This document shows positions 52,501 to 62,600 of a stretch of 64,000 nt of DNA, in pieces; position 1 is the stretch's first letter; each line of letters begins with the position of its first letter. The notes under the pieces are model-generated. The model was not told where the DNA came from. It saw only the letters and a program-made list of their open reading frames with translations, and ran no database searches. A program made the translations under genes and the position numbers. The stretch spans positions 22,320,001-22,384,000 of the forward strand of contig CM120646.1 of the NCBI GenBank assembly GCA_051362555.1. Reading direction: 5' to 3'. Origin of the DNA: Lingula anatina (taxonomy: Eukaryota; Animalia; Brachiopoda).

Positions 52501-52839
52501 CAGACTGTGGAAAGAACTTTAATTGTCAGAAACGCAACCTTTGTCAGTTTTACTGCTCCCGTGAGTTTGGAATCTGGGATTTAAAAGTTTAGTAGTACCA
52601 TGTAACATTTAATTAAGGTTTGTGTACGATAACGCAGACGTCTTACCTAAAGATCATTGATTTATTCGCTTAAGCTCGATGTTTTTAAAAATGCAAGAAA
52701 TGATTTGCTCCATGCGTGTTGTAAACTTATCTTGTATACTAACGACCATATGACAATACATATGGGAGTCATTGTAGTTACCTATAAGAGCAAGCGAGCC
52801 CAGGAACAGGATCAACATGGGCACTATCCTCCCAGACAT
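7790..52839 (-). CDS. Giant transmembrane mucin-like protein (2x NIDO-AMOP-VWD, about 37 EGF, 2x SEA, TM), 64 coding exons, about 5,841 aa
   Basis: ATG at 52839 starts the signal peptide [19 protein letters not shown]; TGA at 7792-7790. All 63 manually placed introns are GT-AG and phase-compatible, and the exon lengths sum to 17,526 nt, a multiple of 3. Recognisable motifs: STNG/GTNG (NIDO), PCPC and ECCY (AMOP), GDPH and GLxGxx(D/N) (VWD), DIDEC (cbEGF), GSLVV (SEA), and a hydrophobic TM followed by KRRK. Confidence 0.9.
8355..8413. repeat. Compound (CAT)n(AAT)n microsatellite
   Basis: Read directly from the sequence. Confidence 0.9.
9281..9957 (-). CDS. Juxtamembrane EGF plus transmembrane helix (exons 9873-9957, 9281-9475)
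   Basis: [13 protein letters not shown]...[14 protein letters not shown], then [27 protein letters not shown] followed by the stop-transfer KRRKAK. Confidence 0.93.
10201..11104 (-). CDS. SEA domain 2 (exons 11025-11104, 10666-10724, 10201-10376)
   Basis: [24 protein letters not shown]...[32 protein letters not shown]; the first two exons are 80 and 59 nt, as in SEA1. Confidence 0.83.
11236..11401. repeat. Interrupted (CA)n microsatellite with a duplicated TATATACATATGCAAATG spacer
   Basis: Read directly from the sequence. Confidence 0.93.
11438..11578 (-). CDS. cbEGF exon between the two SEA domains
   Basis: [40 protein letters not shown]. Confidence 0.93.
12094..13391 (-). CDS. SEA domain 1 (exons 13312-13391, 13006-13064, 12094-12284)
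   Basis: [14 protein letters not shown]...[32 protein letters not shown], an SEA pattern with a G-S-L-V-V motif. Confidence 0.85.
12367..12448. repeat. Compound (CT)n(CA)n microsatellite
   Basis: Read directly from the sequence. Confidence 0.93.
12934..12998. repeat. (TA)n microsatellite abutting an SEA1 donor site
   Basis: Read directly from the sequence. Confidence 0.95.
13435..13540. mobile_element. About 106-bp MITE-like inverted repeat
   Basis: Ends CCCAGCAAGCA...TGTTTGCTGGG, with an internal inverted pair TATAACGTTACCATAACGT / ACGTTATGGTAACGTTATA. Confidence 0.7.
13744..19403 (-). CDS. EGF/cbEGF array of module 2 (exons 19245-19403, 18741-18872, 18391-18513, 17730-17852, 17019-17144, 16597-16854, 16138-16257, 15540-15668, 15244-15378, 14377-14511, 13744-14127)
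   Basis: Phase 1-1 exons, mostly starting D(I/V/F)(D/N)EC; a laminin-type EGF in 16597-16854; three cbEGF in 13744-14127. Confidence 0.92.
16324..16444. mobile_element. Degenerate GC-rich MITE with hAT-like termini
   Basis: Imperfect terminal inverted repeats AGGCCCGTAGCCAG ... CTGGATATGGGCCTG enclosing G-runs. Confidence 0.55.
19591..20185 (-). CDS. Ig/cadherin-like domain 2 and start of an EGF (exons 19966-20185, 19591-19760)
   Basis: NQSPRF...[10 protein letters not shown]...VTLTDTRGG, then [10 protein letters not shown]; parallels module 1. Confidence 0.82.
20615..25412 (-). CDS. VWD domain 2 with GDPH (exons 25300-25412, 22050-22170, 21704-21832, 21287-21484, 20615-20869)
   Basis: [25 protein letters not shown]; [10 protein letters not shown]; [16 protein letters not shown]; ESIFYY...[11 protein letters not shown]. 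Confidence 0.92.
21585..21690. repeat. Short interspersed repeat ending in (AG)n, copy 1
   Basis: About 80 bp nearly identical to 25147-25246, followed by (AG)n. Confidence 0.85.
22338..24976 (-). mobile_element. Non-autonomous Helentron/HINE (DINE-1/pearl-like) in an intron of VWD2
   Basis: Subterminal inverted repeats TTGTACCACCAGC (22374-22386) and GCTGGTGGTACAA (24962-24974); hairpin at 24944-24973; (GGAGCCGGC)n microsatellite near 24865-24917; stem-loop GAGGCG...CGCCTC (22352-22367); minus-strand CTAGT terminus; central tandem array. Confidence 0.82.
22540..23965. repeat. 146-bp tandem array, about 10 copies, inside the Helentron
   Basis: The GTAGG(T/A)CA anchor recurs at 22543, 22687, 22833, 22979, 23125, 23271, 23417, 23563, 23709 and 23855. 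Confidence 0.95.
25147..25246. repeat. Short interspersed repeat ending in (AG)n, copy 2
   Basis: AGTAAGTCCGAGTGGTGATTTGTGAATTGAAGAATACCCTGACCTTAATAGAT... shared with 21585-21690. Confidence 0.85.
25666..26937 (-). CDS. End of NIDO 2 plus AMOP domain 2 (exons 26728-26937, 26186-26253, 25666-25885)
   Basis: [10 protein letters not shown]...CNEW...[15 protein letters not shown]; WCY; ECCYN...CC...C..Y...[11 protein letters not shown]. Confidence 0.9.
27315..28820 (-). CDS. NIDO domain 2 (exons 28684-28820, 27924-28247, 27315-27522)
   Basis: YLYGTARGD...; ISTNGLIAF...[10 protein letters not shown]...WVLVATW; TFQAVLITD. Confidence 0.92.
28623..28677. repeat. Compound (GT)n(AT)n microsatellite
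   Basis: Read directly from the sequence. Confidence 0.93.
29097..29255 (-). CDS. Thr-rich linker plus EGF exon
   Basis: [50 protein letters not shown]; donor G|GTAAGT. Confidence 0.9.
29471..31375 (-). CDS. 1.9-kb exon: three cbEGF plus the second Thr/Glu mucin array ([12 protein letters not shown])n
   Basis: Contains the 649-aa ORF; acceptor ttcttcag| at 31375. The donor is ambiguous: AAA|GTATCG at 29471 or in-frame AAG|GTACAA at 29489. Confidence 0.88.
29480..30920 (-). repeat. Coding 36-bp tandem repeat, [11 protein letters not shown](V/A)
   Basis: TTCAGTGGTTGTGATATTTTCA(A/G)CAGCTGTGGTACC repeated. Confidence 0.95.
31603..35146 (-). CDS. EGF/cbEGF array of module 1 (exons 34979-35146, 34544-34666, 33847-33972, 33342-33473, 33000-33125, 32510-32785, 31994-32181, 31603-31732)
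   Basis: Repeated D(I/F)DEC...C.N..GSY.C.C; one laminin-type EGF in 32510-32785; canonical splice sites. Confidence 0.92.
35415..36121 (-). CDS. Ig/cadherin-like domain 1 and start of an EGF (exons 35905-36121, 35415-35578)
   Basis: NQAPSL...TDPDGDTV...LPSGASFD...YWIP...FTAEDGRGG, then [10 protein letters not shown]. Confidence 0.82.
36378..37990 (-). CDS. VWD domain 1 with GDPH (exons 37739-37990, 37364-37519, 36853-37053, 36378-36635)
   Basis: [25 protein letters not shown]; [21 protein letters not shown]; ESIFYY...[10 protein letters not shown]. Confidence 0.92.
38365..39140 (-). CDS. End of NIDO 1 plus AMOP domain 1 (exons 38887-39140, 38365-38614)
   Basis: [10 protein letters not shown]...KCLRW...[12 protein letters not shown]; ECCYD...WCC...C..Y...[13 protein letters not shown]. 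Confidence 0.9.
39621..43232 (-). CDS. NIDO domain 1 (exons 43090-43232, 42480-42650, 41988-42158, 39621-39825)
   Basis: Translates to IGTNGLISF...[23 protein letters not shown] and [19 protein letters not shown], which are NIDO hallmarks. Confidence 0.9.
45013..46577 (-). CDS. Notch-type EGF exons (46449-46577, 45934-46053, 45352-45465, 45013-45153)
   Basis: Phase 1-1 exons with G(F/Y/W)xGxxC...C...C.C patterns, e.g. [38 protein letters not shown]. Confidence 0.92.
46921..52473 (-). CDS. 5.55-kb mucin exon: acidic S/T/D/E domain, then EG(T/I)TTT 18-bp repeats, then start of EGF1
   Basis: Contains the 1848-aa ORF; acceptor taaatag| at 52473; donor TCAG|GTAACA after CRCPS. Confidence 0.92.
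47130..49250 (-). repeat. Coding 18-bp tandem repeat, EG(T/I)TTT
   Basis: CCTTCAGTGGTTGTG(G/A)T(G/A) repeated across about 2.1 kb on the plus strand. Confidence 0.95.
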
Positions 52840-52877
52840 TGGGCTTCAGTAAATGTACGCTTAACCCGAGAAAATAC
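52782..52877 (-). CDS. First coding exon: short 5'UTR plus signal peptide (coding part 52782-52839)
   Basis: Acceptor ttcttcag before 52877; ATG at 52839; hydrophobic [15 protein letters not shown]; phase-1 donor G|GTAACT. Confidence 0.85.
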
Positions 52878-53850
52878 CTGAAGAAATAAGAATGAATATA
52901 CTACCATTATTATTAGTAGTAGTAGTAGCAGTAGTAGTATTTATGGAATGTACATGTATATTATTTTACATTCTATATTTAAAAACATAAAGCAAAGATT
53001 GTAGTGAATATGAAATCTATAACAAAAAGATTGATACAAGGCACTTTAACTGGCTTAGTACAAAAATACACATCCAATGAGGCTTATGTGTTTATTAAAT
53101 AGCTCAATTAAACATTCATATCATTTTCGGTTATACAGTGTTTTTCCCTAATTCCACGGTCTGAAGTAATAATGCTGTCCTCTTTTCAAGTCTAAACTTT
53201 GTTCCATGGAAATGATATTCAATTCATCCGAAAGTATAAATGGTAAAAGGGTTAAGGCAGATGTTTTCCACGGAGGTACAACCATCGTGCAATTTTTTAT
53301 TAGTTCGCCGATCTCCACATACCTAGACTGCCTGGACTTCTGGTTACTTCATTTGAATCACAATACATTTTTGACTGCACCTCGATATAACCACGTTCTT
53401 GTATGTCACATACAGTGCATACATTACATGCATTTTTACTTTTCCTGAGGCCAATCAAGGAAGAAAATATTTCGCCTAACGAAACAAATAAATAAATAAA
53501 TAAAGAACGGAAAAAGAACGGAAAAAAATTAAAAGGTATGGCGTGATGCTTCGTGGATCCCTCAACAAAAAGAGTTGTCATAAACCGGAATGTGTCAGCC
53601 ATGCTTTTGAATATGATCAAAGGAGAAAATAAGAAAGAAGACAAAAGATGAATGTTGCATTCTCACATTGCATCGTTTTTCAGTACTCTACCTTTGTGCC
53701 TTGTATCCTCGTTTGTTGCAGATTTCGGGATAAAATTTTAGTAATGCATTTGGACCGCGTTGCTTATTGTTAGCAGTTATGAAATGCATTGATGATCCAC
53801 GTCCCCTCTATTCGTGCATTCATTATCTTGTGGAATATCTTGGATTTACT

Positions 53851-53885
<35 letters not shown>

Positions 53886-55417
53886 ATTTTTTTTTTTTTT
53901 AATCTCATTTTGCATTCGCTTTATTTTTGAATGAATCCATCCACTGCTCTATCTCTTACACCAGCTAGGACCCACCAGAGAGTGCCAGCTCTCACTAAAT
54001 TTTTATTTCTATAACAAGTCATTGTTTATTGTGTGGCTATATTAATATGCTAGGTTTTATCTATTCCCACTCTATTTACTAAAACATATGTACACTGTAA
54101 AAGGCATGTTTATATATTTTTCATTATTAATTGCAGTATAATACATGTGCTTGAATGCCGTAAGTAGCGGTACATATAAGTTTGCGGTTGTTATATTTCG
54201 TGATCATGTATTTATTTTTAAAACCAGTTGTGCTTCTTGCCTTCTTTTTTAATTAATAATACTAAATAATATCAAACATCATTAGTTAAGCTATAATCTG
54301 CCGTTTAGGACAAATTAAATTTTGTAAACAATTTGAATTATGTCATCTATAATTATAGAATGCAGTAAGGTAAATGTCATCTTATCATTCTATTCTTTTT
54401 TTTTTACTTTTATTCTCCTTTGACCTCCATGTAAACAGTATGAAAAGCGCACCACAATACCATTTATATGCTTTTAATGTGTAAAGGGTTTTCGTTTTAC
54501 TGTAATGTATTGCGATGTAAATTTTGTAAGAGATCCTATTGCCTCAATCCCCACCTGTGATTCAGTGTTATTGAAGTAAAAAAAATGTTCTGTGCAGCTT
54601 GGCTTGAATACAGTGTTGATACTCAGCGTGACAGGATTTTAAACAAGTTAAGTTGTGTGCGGTAAAAATCCTGTCAACTCTTTCGTAATGCTTATGCAAG
54701 TACGCTATTGGTCGAGCTTGTGTATTAAGAGGATGTTGATTTAGATTATTAAAACTTCCCACTTGAAATAAAGCTGTATTTGACCTAAATTTATCAAGTT
54801 TATAATTTAAGCAGGGCGTTACCGTAGGACTCTCCATAGATTTTTTTTAATGACGTCACCGGTAGACTTGCAGTTTACCCACCCAGGTCAAATGGTCCCA
54901 CGCCGCTTCAATTTCCATACAACGTTGTTTGTATCTTTGAAAGTCCCTCACTCAAATGCTAATCGAGGCTCAATATTCACACGATAGTAAGTTACGGTTA
55001 TGTGAAACAGTGATAGAAGACAACAAGGAAGTCGTTATCTATGCTATTATTCATCACAATCAGAGCCCCAGCATTACGTGGTGCATCCACTGTGACGAAT
55101 ATAAAACCTGTAAAACGTCGTTTTAACCAATTTTCAAATTATCTTAACAAAAGCTTTAAATGAAGCGTCTTTAGGTTTCACCTTGGACTAGTGTTCGGGG
55201 AGTTATCAGTTCACTTATAAAGCAAGCACATGCCTTGTTACTTTGTGCATCACATAATCTAAAGGAAATGAGATAATTTACTTATCCGCTTGTCTTGTGT
55301 GAAAGAACAGCAGTTTTTGAATTATTACCGGGATATTACTTGCTGCTGTAATACGACAATAAATCATGGGAACTAAAGGGGAGGACCAATTGTTACGTAC
55401 AATGCAAAACTGACAAT

Positions 55418-55418
55418 T

Positions 55419-55461
<43 letters not shown>

Positions 55462-55462
55462 T
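55418..55462. repeat. (TTTA)n microsatellite
   Basis: Read directly from the sequence. Confidence 0.93.
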
Positions 55463-56575
55463 ACTGTAAAAACCTAGATGCACGCGCCACGTTACTCCCA
55501 ATACAATGCTGACGTCCTCTGCAGATGCAATTTCGTTTAAGTTTTTTTACTCAAATGAGCCCATACTTTAACTTCATTCATTAATCCACTTGTTTTAACA
55601 TGGAATTTTAAGATTTTTTTTTTTTTTTGGGGGGGGGAGGGGGTGTGTAATGATAGTTCAGTGGAGCAATGCCTTTTCTATATGATAGTTTAACATTAAA
55701 AGTACTATGACAAAAAAGCACATAATAAAATGTTGACGTTTTGTATCAGTCATATGTTTAAAATCTTTTGTTTATTGAATACTTTCTCTTTTATATGACG
55801 TCACTGAAAAAAACTTCAGAAAACATCTTTCCACATTCTCAAATATCACTTTTTAAGAGGCTGACTTTTGAGTTGGGTTATCCCGTAAACAGGTTTAAAT
55901 AAACATGCTGTGCTCCCGGGGCAGAAAAAAATATCTGAAGACGTGGTAACACGATATTCCATCTCACAGGTTCGGTATTTCATAACTGCCTACAGAAAAA
56001 AGTGCGTGCATATTGGGTGTCAGTTAAAAAATGGCAAACTACTTATTTAATGGGAGCAGTACAAAACACTGTCCCTGGGTTGTATGGTGTTTTCGGTGGG
56101 GTGAAAAGCATTAGTATAAAATAAGAATGGCTATGGCAATCACCTTCCCGCATCATAAAGGGATTTTACATCGTCATTTCATATCAAAGCAACTGCAACA
56201 TTAAAGCCCGTCTTGGTACGACATCTGGCGTCTAACCACCGATATAAACAACTGATAAAGGTGTTTTATGCATTATTTGTTCTACGATTAGGTAAATAAA
56301 ATATAAAATTGACATTATCCTAGATTCATTAGAGTTGTCTATTTCTAATTATAAAGAGGGACAAAAATACATCAAATCAATGAAATCTTCAGGCCAGAAA
56401 TAAATTGAAAAGAGCGCGACAAACCCTATTGATAAGGTGATCAGATTTTTTAAACATTTTTTTTTCAAATGATAGAATGCATTGGACACACTTTGATTGA
56501 CACACGTACGCAAACACGCACAGACACAAAAAAAACAAGGTAAAAACGCACGACCCTAACATTTAGCAACCTTTC

Positions 56576-56578
<3 letters not shown>

Positions 56579-56625
<47 letters not shown>
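56579..56625. repeat. (TG)n microsatellite
   Basis: Read directly from the sequence. Confidence 0.95.
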
Positions 56626-56626
<1 letters not shown>

Positions 56627-57114
56627 CGGCCATTTCAATCTAAGCAGACAGCTTGATTGCCGTAGGAATTTTGTCCGCAAAAATGTGTTTACATAAGCCA
56701 AAGATTAAAATATTATTTAAAATATAAGATTGCACAGTACTGCATGCATATCCAAATTTTAATATACAAGCAAATGCTTTACTAAAAATGTCTGAGCCCC
56801 ATAAAATGGCACTAGTACTGGGACAATATGGGGTGAAAAAGCGTCAACACGTGGCACTTTTCATAAAACGTTTTGTATTAGATAAAACATAGAGGGGGGT
56901 AATTTTATGAAAATCAAAGAAATATGTCATATATTTTATAATTATTTTACATATGTATATTACCTATACACTGATCCCTTCCATAGGGGCGATAAAAACA
57001 TGCATGATATCAATCTAAAAGGATTTTAAGACTGATTTTTATTCATGGATAGCTATGATGTTAAGGGTTTATTTTGATTATTTTTTCCATGCCTTTTGTT
57101 AATAGGAGCAGTAG

Positions 57115-58060
57115 TTCGTGAGCACAGTTTTTAGTACTGTTGGTACAGTGATTGGTACTATTATAGCAGTATTTAATACTGTGTTACAGTGATGAGTACT
57201 GTTAGTGCACTGTTTAGTACTGTGCTACAGTATTTAGTACAGTTAGTTCAATTTTAGTACTGTTATACTGTGTTTAGTAATGTGGTACAGTGTTTAGTAC
57301 TATGACTACAGTGTTAAGCACTGTTAGTACAGTGTTAAGTACTGTTAATACAATGTTTAGTACTGTAAGTACAATTTAAGTACTGTTATACAGTGTTTAG
57401 TAATGTGGTACAGTGTTTAGTACTATGAATACAGTGTCAAGTACTGTTAGTACAGTGTGTAGTACTGTTAATACAATGTTTAGTACTGTAAGTACAATTT
57501 TAGTACTGTCATACAGTGTTTAGTACTGTGGTACAGTGTTTAGTACTACCGGTATGACTACAGTGTTAAGTACTGTTAGTACAGTGTTAAGTACTGTTAA
57601 TACAATGTTTAGTACTGTAAGTACAATTTTAGTACTGTCATACAGTGTTTAGTACTGTGGTACAGTATTTAGTACTACCGGTATGACTACAGTGTTAAGT
57701 ACTGTTAGTACAGTGTTAAGTACTGTTAATACAATGTTTAGTACTGTAAGTACAATTTTAGTACTGTCATACAGTGTTTAGTACTGTGGTACAGTGTTTA
57801 GTACTGTGGTACAGTGTTTAGTACTACCGGTATGACTACAGTGTTAAGTACTATTAGTACAGTGTGTAGTACTGTTAATACAATGTTTAGTACTGTAAGT
57901 ACAATGTTAGTACTGTCAGTATATTTTTAGTACTGTTATACATTGTTTAGTACTGTGGTACAGTGTTTGGTACTGTTAGAACAATAGTAGTACTGATAGT
58001 GCAGTTTTAGTCCTGGTATACAGTTTAAGTACTGTTAGTATAGTTTTAGTACCGTTAGGA
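57115..58060. repeat. Minisatellite/satellite of about 20-bp AGTACT-containing units with a 123-149 bp higher-order period
   Basis: Repeated TTTAGTACTGTGGTACAGTG variants; the marker TACTA(CCGGTA)TGA recurs at about 57298, 57421, 57544, 57673 and 57822. Confidence 0.9.
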
Positions 58061-59164
58061 CTTTGGCAGAATGGTATTGTTTGTAGAATGTGTATGATGT
58101 ACTAGTGTCGCTGTTTTCTTTTTTAATGTAATAAATCGTAATCAGATAGATATAAATAATCATGTAATTTAAATGCAGTTGTTGTTATTTCATTTACCTT
58201 TCTTGCTATTTCATATCACTTGTATTCAGTGGAAAAAGGCAATTTTAACATTGCCTTCATTTTTCTACTTTAAAAAATTAAAGAAATGTATCAAATTTAA
58301 GAGAGATTTCTGACATATCTGTATTCCTTGTTCGTTGGGAACAAAATTAAGTTTAAAAAATCATTTCTAATTAAAACCTAAACCGGAAAATCTTGCATTA
58401 TACGGAAAAGGGCAATTTTAACCATTTCTTTATTTCTTATTCTTTCTTTTCTTTCTTTTTTTTTCTTTTTTTTAATAACATTTTAAGAGTCATTGGGAAC
58501 AAAAAAAATTAAAAACATAAGACTTTGTTTTTATTTTAAATCTAAATTAAAAGTCTTGCTTTATACGTAAATTGTTCCTTTTTTACCTACAAGGTATATA
58601 CATGTACTGTATACATGTGCCCGCCGTCTCATTTGTGGGAGGTTCATTGTTTACACAAAAAAACGTATAAAACACTATTTGTATCTAAAATAAAGTTTAG
58701 TTTACTTGTTTCCAGCCAAGATCCCACCCAACAATTGCAATAATAAGTAAGATGCTGTGATTAAATGGGGACTATCCACTGATTAATTACTTTTTCAGCC
58801 TAAATCTTATTTTAATCGATACAGGGTAAGAATGCCAATTTATTACGAGAGAATTAAAGAATTTGACAGAGAATGTAATTTACGTTCGTATCACTCGTAA
58901 TCCGGGGTTCAAAATGAAGAAAGACATTTAGATTCAATATTGTCTCTAATCCCTATTTTAAAATGGAGATGAGATAGCATAATCAATAATTTATGAATAG
59001 TGCCTTGGGCCACGGAACAGTATCTAACATGTTTTGTTATTGTTAAGATAACATTGTATCTACGTTCAAATGTGTTTTGGTCCTCTGCCATTACATTGCA
59101 TTGGTCTGCATGGGATTGTTTAGTGGTATATCCAATAAAGGGTGTTTAAAACATCTACAAGGTC

Positions 59165-59204
<40 letters not shown>

Positions 59205-59449
59205 CTCTCTGTCTCTCATAATATCCTGGTAGACCAGTCCTCGACATGCCTAATTCCACTTAAGTTAACCATCCAACCTCTTCCACTATCCCAAATCCTC
59301 TTTTGTCCGATATATCTTACCTTCCTTACTTCCTTTTGAAACCACACCCTCTATTGCCTGCCGTCTTTTCAGCATGCTTTCATTTTGACGAAGATTAAAA
59401 CAATTACAAGTAAACGTAGGGCATTCAGTGTCTTGATTTTTGCACTTAC

Positions 59450-59610
59450 CTTTTTATTTCGTGTTGTTTCTAGTTCTTGTAATCCTCCTCATCGAATTTA
59501 ATATTAGATCCAGTTTATAAGTTTATAAAAACTCCCTGTAACTATGTGCCCATTGCCGCCATATTGTGCCGCTCTCACTTGTTGTGGAGGTACGCCTTCA
59601 CTTCTTTATA
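59450..59610 (-). promoter_or_regulatory. Candidate core promoter and non-coding first exon of the mucin gene
   Basis: Minus-strand TATAAA at 59610-59605; a CA initiator-like dinucleotide 30 nt downstream (59581/59580); YY1-like AATATGGCGGC; near-consensus donor AAG|GTAAGT at 59450. The ATG exon has an acceptor, so an upstream exon is required. Confidence 0.5.
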
Positions 59611-62600
59611 CTACACCAAATAGGTCGTTTTTCTCGTGAAACCTTATTAAAACTTGGTGGTCATCAATGGTTTATTTTATATATGTATATGTTCCCCAGT
59701 CATTGAATGAAATTTTGTGGTACACGGATGTCTCCTTCTTCACTACTCGTCAGTTAAGTTTGCGCCAAAACACCAATTTCTCTCTTGTCATTCACTGTGG
59801 CTTGCAATAATTTTTAAACATATTCTTAATCACGCTATGGTACAACACGAAGCTAAATACAGCGTCCACGGTATCCTGCCTCGTGTTTTAGCGTCTACTT
59901 TTAACAAAATAGTCTGCTACCATGCGGTCGATCGCTGTCACCTGCCTAGAACTCTGATGATTGTGTACGGATCAATTGTTGTAAGCTGCTCAACCGAAAA
60001 CCGTGTTGACCTCGTTTATCCGATAAGTAAGGTGTTTTTTTTTCTACCTGTATATTTGAATTGTACGGACTGGGAAGGAAGGATAGTAACCAAGGATATT
60101 TTATTTGGCTACCTCTGTAGGTCTCGACGACTTTTTATCTACATGTACATGTATATTGACATTTTTGGTTGTGAAAGAAACTGACGCCGTGTTATGTTAT
60201 TTTGATTTAATTCAGACTGTAAAAAATTCACAAACTTATCCCCAGCTCGCTTGTATATGGGTAGTTTTTTTAGCATACTTAGATATACCTCTGTTTCCGT
60301 ACACATTCGCAGGCAAACCTATTCTAATATGTATTGATACCTGGACCTTGGTCACTAATGCCCATGATAAAAATTCATGAAAATGCTGTTTCCTTCGCCT
60401 CCCCCCCAACACAGAGAGAGAGAGAGAGACTGTAATAGTCTAACTTTTTCTTTACTTGGCGTGTCTGGGCTCTGGGTTACAGTAGGTGAAACACTCTTTA
60501 AGGGGAACACAGCTGAGAGATTTTTTTCGCCTTTAGGCACCTAGACGCTCTCATATGGGGACATCTTTTTCAAAAAACTACAATGCTTTGTATGTGTATA
60601 TGCACTTTGCGCCATTGACAGAATGCTGCTTGCATTATAGAGATGCCATTTCATTTCGGGACGGCTTATTATACTGGAAGGTCACAGGACAATCAGACTA
60701 TGTTGTTTTCTTGGAAGAAGCGAAAGAATACCATGGCACTAGCGCCCTAACTCCTGTCTTTTATTTAGAAACGCAGACCTTTTCATCTGGCTCCTATTGA
60801 TGAAAAAAGAGGAAATAAAAAGACAGAGCGATTATGATAGAGGATAGATACATTGTGCGTCTTTCATGCACGTTGATTCTTTCCTCAGGCTGATGATTAA
60901 GTCATGCAAGTGCATTAATTTTATAAGCGCGTAAAAAGAGCTAACAAAACACACTGCATTCCATACATTTGTTTGAAATTGTATGTAAAATATAAGAGTA
61001 CCACACAGTTACGATGTACCCACATGTATTAACTTACGACAAACATTTCTTCAGAAAGAAATATGATATTATCCCATGAGAAGTATAAGCAAAATAGCAA
61101 AAAAAATTGTAACCAAATCCCCATCAAAGAAGAACGAGGAAACGCCCAGTAAGTAAAGGTGTACAATCTGTATAACAAACGGTCCTTTTACTTTCCTTTA
61201 GTGTTCTCAGACTATGGGTTTGGAAAGCTGAGATGCATGAATGACCAATGTAAATACTACAGGGGCGCGTTTAAGGTCAGGGCATGGGCAGGCAAAGTAT
61301 TAATACTGCCAGCGCAGTTAAATGCGTGTAGGATACTAACCAACAAGGAAAAAACCCACAAGGGATTGAATATTAGGGTCATTTTATTATTTTCTAGTAT
61401 TTGTCGAATTCTGGGGCGTCCGTTGAATGCAAATATACTTGGACATTCAAATTAATCATTTGATGAATAAAGATTATACAGTATATATAAACCATAATGA
61501 GAAAAATAAAAAAATAACAGTGACAATAATGATGATTTTGTTTCAATGCTAAAAATTGTATGGGTTCACACAGTAGGTTTAATAACTGCCAACCATAGCA
61601 CCAATCACTGGAAAGAATTTTAAACCAAAAAAAAACATGAAAATAACGAATTGTTACATCATTGTCGTTTTCCTATTTTAGGTTACATTGTTGTGGGATC
61701 TAAAACCGCATATATATACCATAATTAAACACCCTAAGCTGAATAAAGAAAGACGAATGTAAATCAACAATGGGGAAAAGCGTCTATTTTTTATGAGAAA
61801 TAAAAAGAGAAGAAAGACTGAATGAAACTATCACTGCAATCTATTGATTTTTGTTTCATTTTTCTCTCCCAGCAGATACCGCTTTATCACTCTCTATTCT
61901 GTGCTTTTTTATTTTTAGTTCATTTATTTATATATTTCTTCTGAAGGTCACGTTAAAATTTTAAGAGATTTTTGGCAAATAAGGGCATAACATCATATTG
62001 GAGTGATTCATGGTGTTGTTTGTCAACAAGACGGTGTTTAAAAAGTACCGCAAAGCTTCTGAAAAATCGTAGCAAAGATTTAAAGATCACATGTGTTCAT
62101 CGCAGCCAAACTCCTGTTTACCTTTCTATGCCAAATTACACGGTGAAGGCACATTAAATCGTGCTAGTATTCATAATGCAATAAGATAAGAATTTTTGAC
62201 AGACGCAGTATTCATAGCTACGTTGGTTACTTATGAAGCACAATTGGGTCATGACTCCATTCAGACGGAGGTTAAATAATGGTATGGGATTCCTTTATGA
62301 TATGCCATGTAAGAAATGACTTTTGAATCCGATTCGGGACATGGAGCGTGTAACACTGCATAACACACTACAATGATCACTAGGGCCGATACACCGGTAG
62401 GCCTATAGATTTCTGGCCTCAGACTTTGTCGCCTATAACCTGCTTATTATATATTTTATTATCATTTTTAGAGGACAATATTCTCATCACTTTCCATTCA
62501 GAGCTCTTCGCTCCTACTTACTATGACGAATTATATCAGAGGAATGTTATTCTTTCAGTGGCATCAAAATGAGTAAATACTAATACAATGTTAAAATGGT

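Noticed and set aside
60105-60380. KNSQTYPQLA...YLDIP resembling a hAT dimerisation motif
   Set aside because: Short, lacks the following TS..ER.FS, and no other transposase sequence or TIRs were seen.
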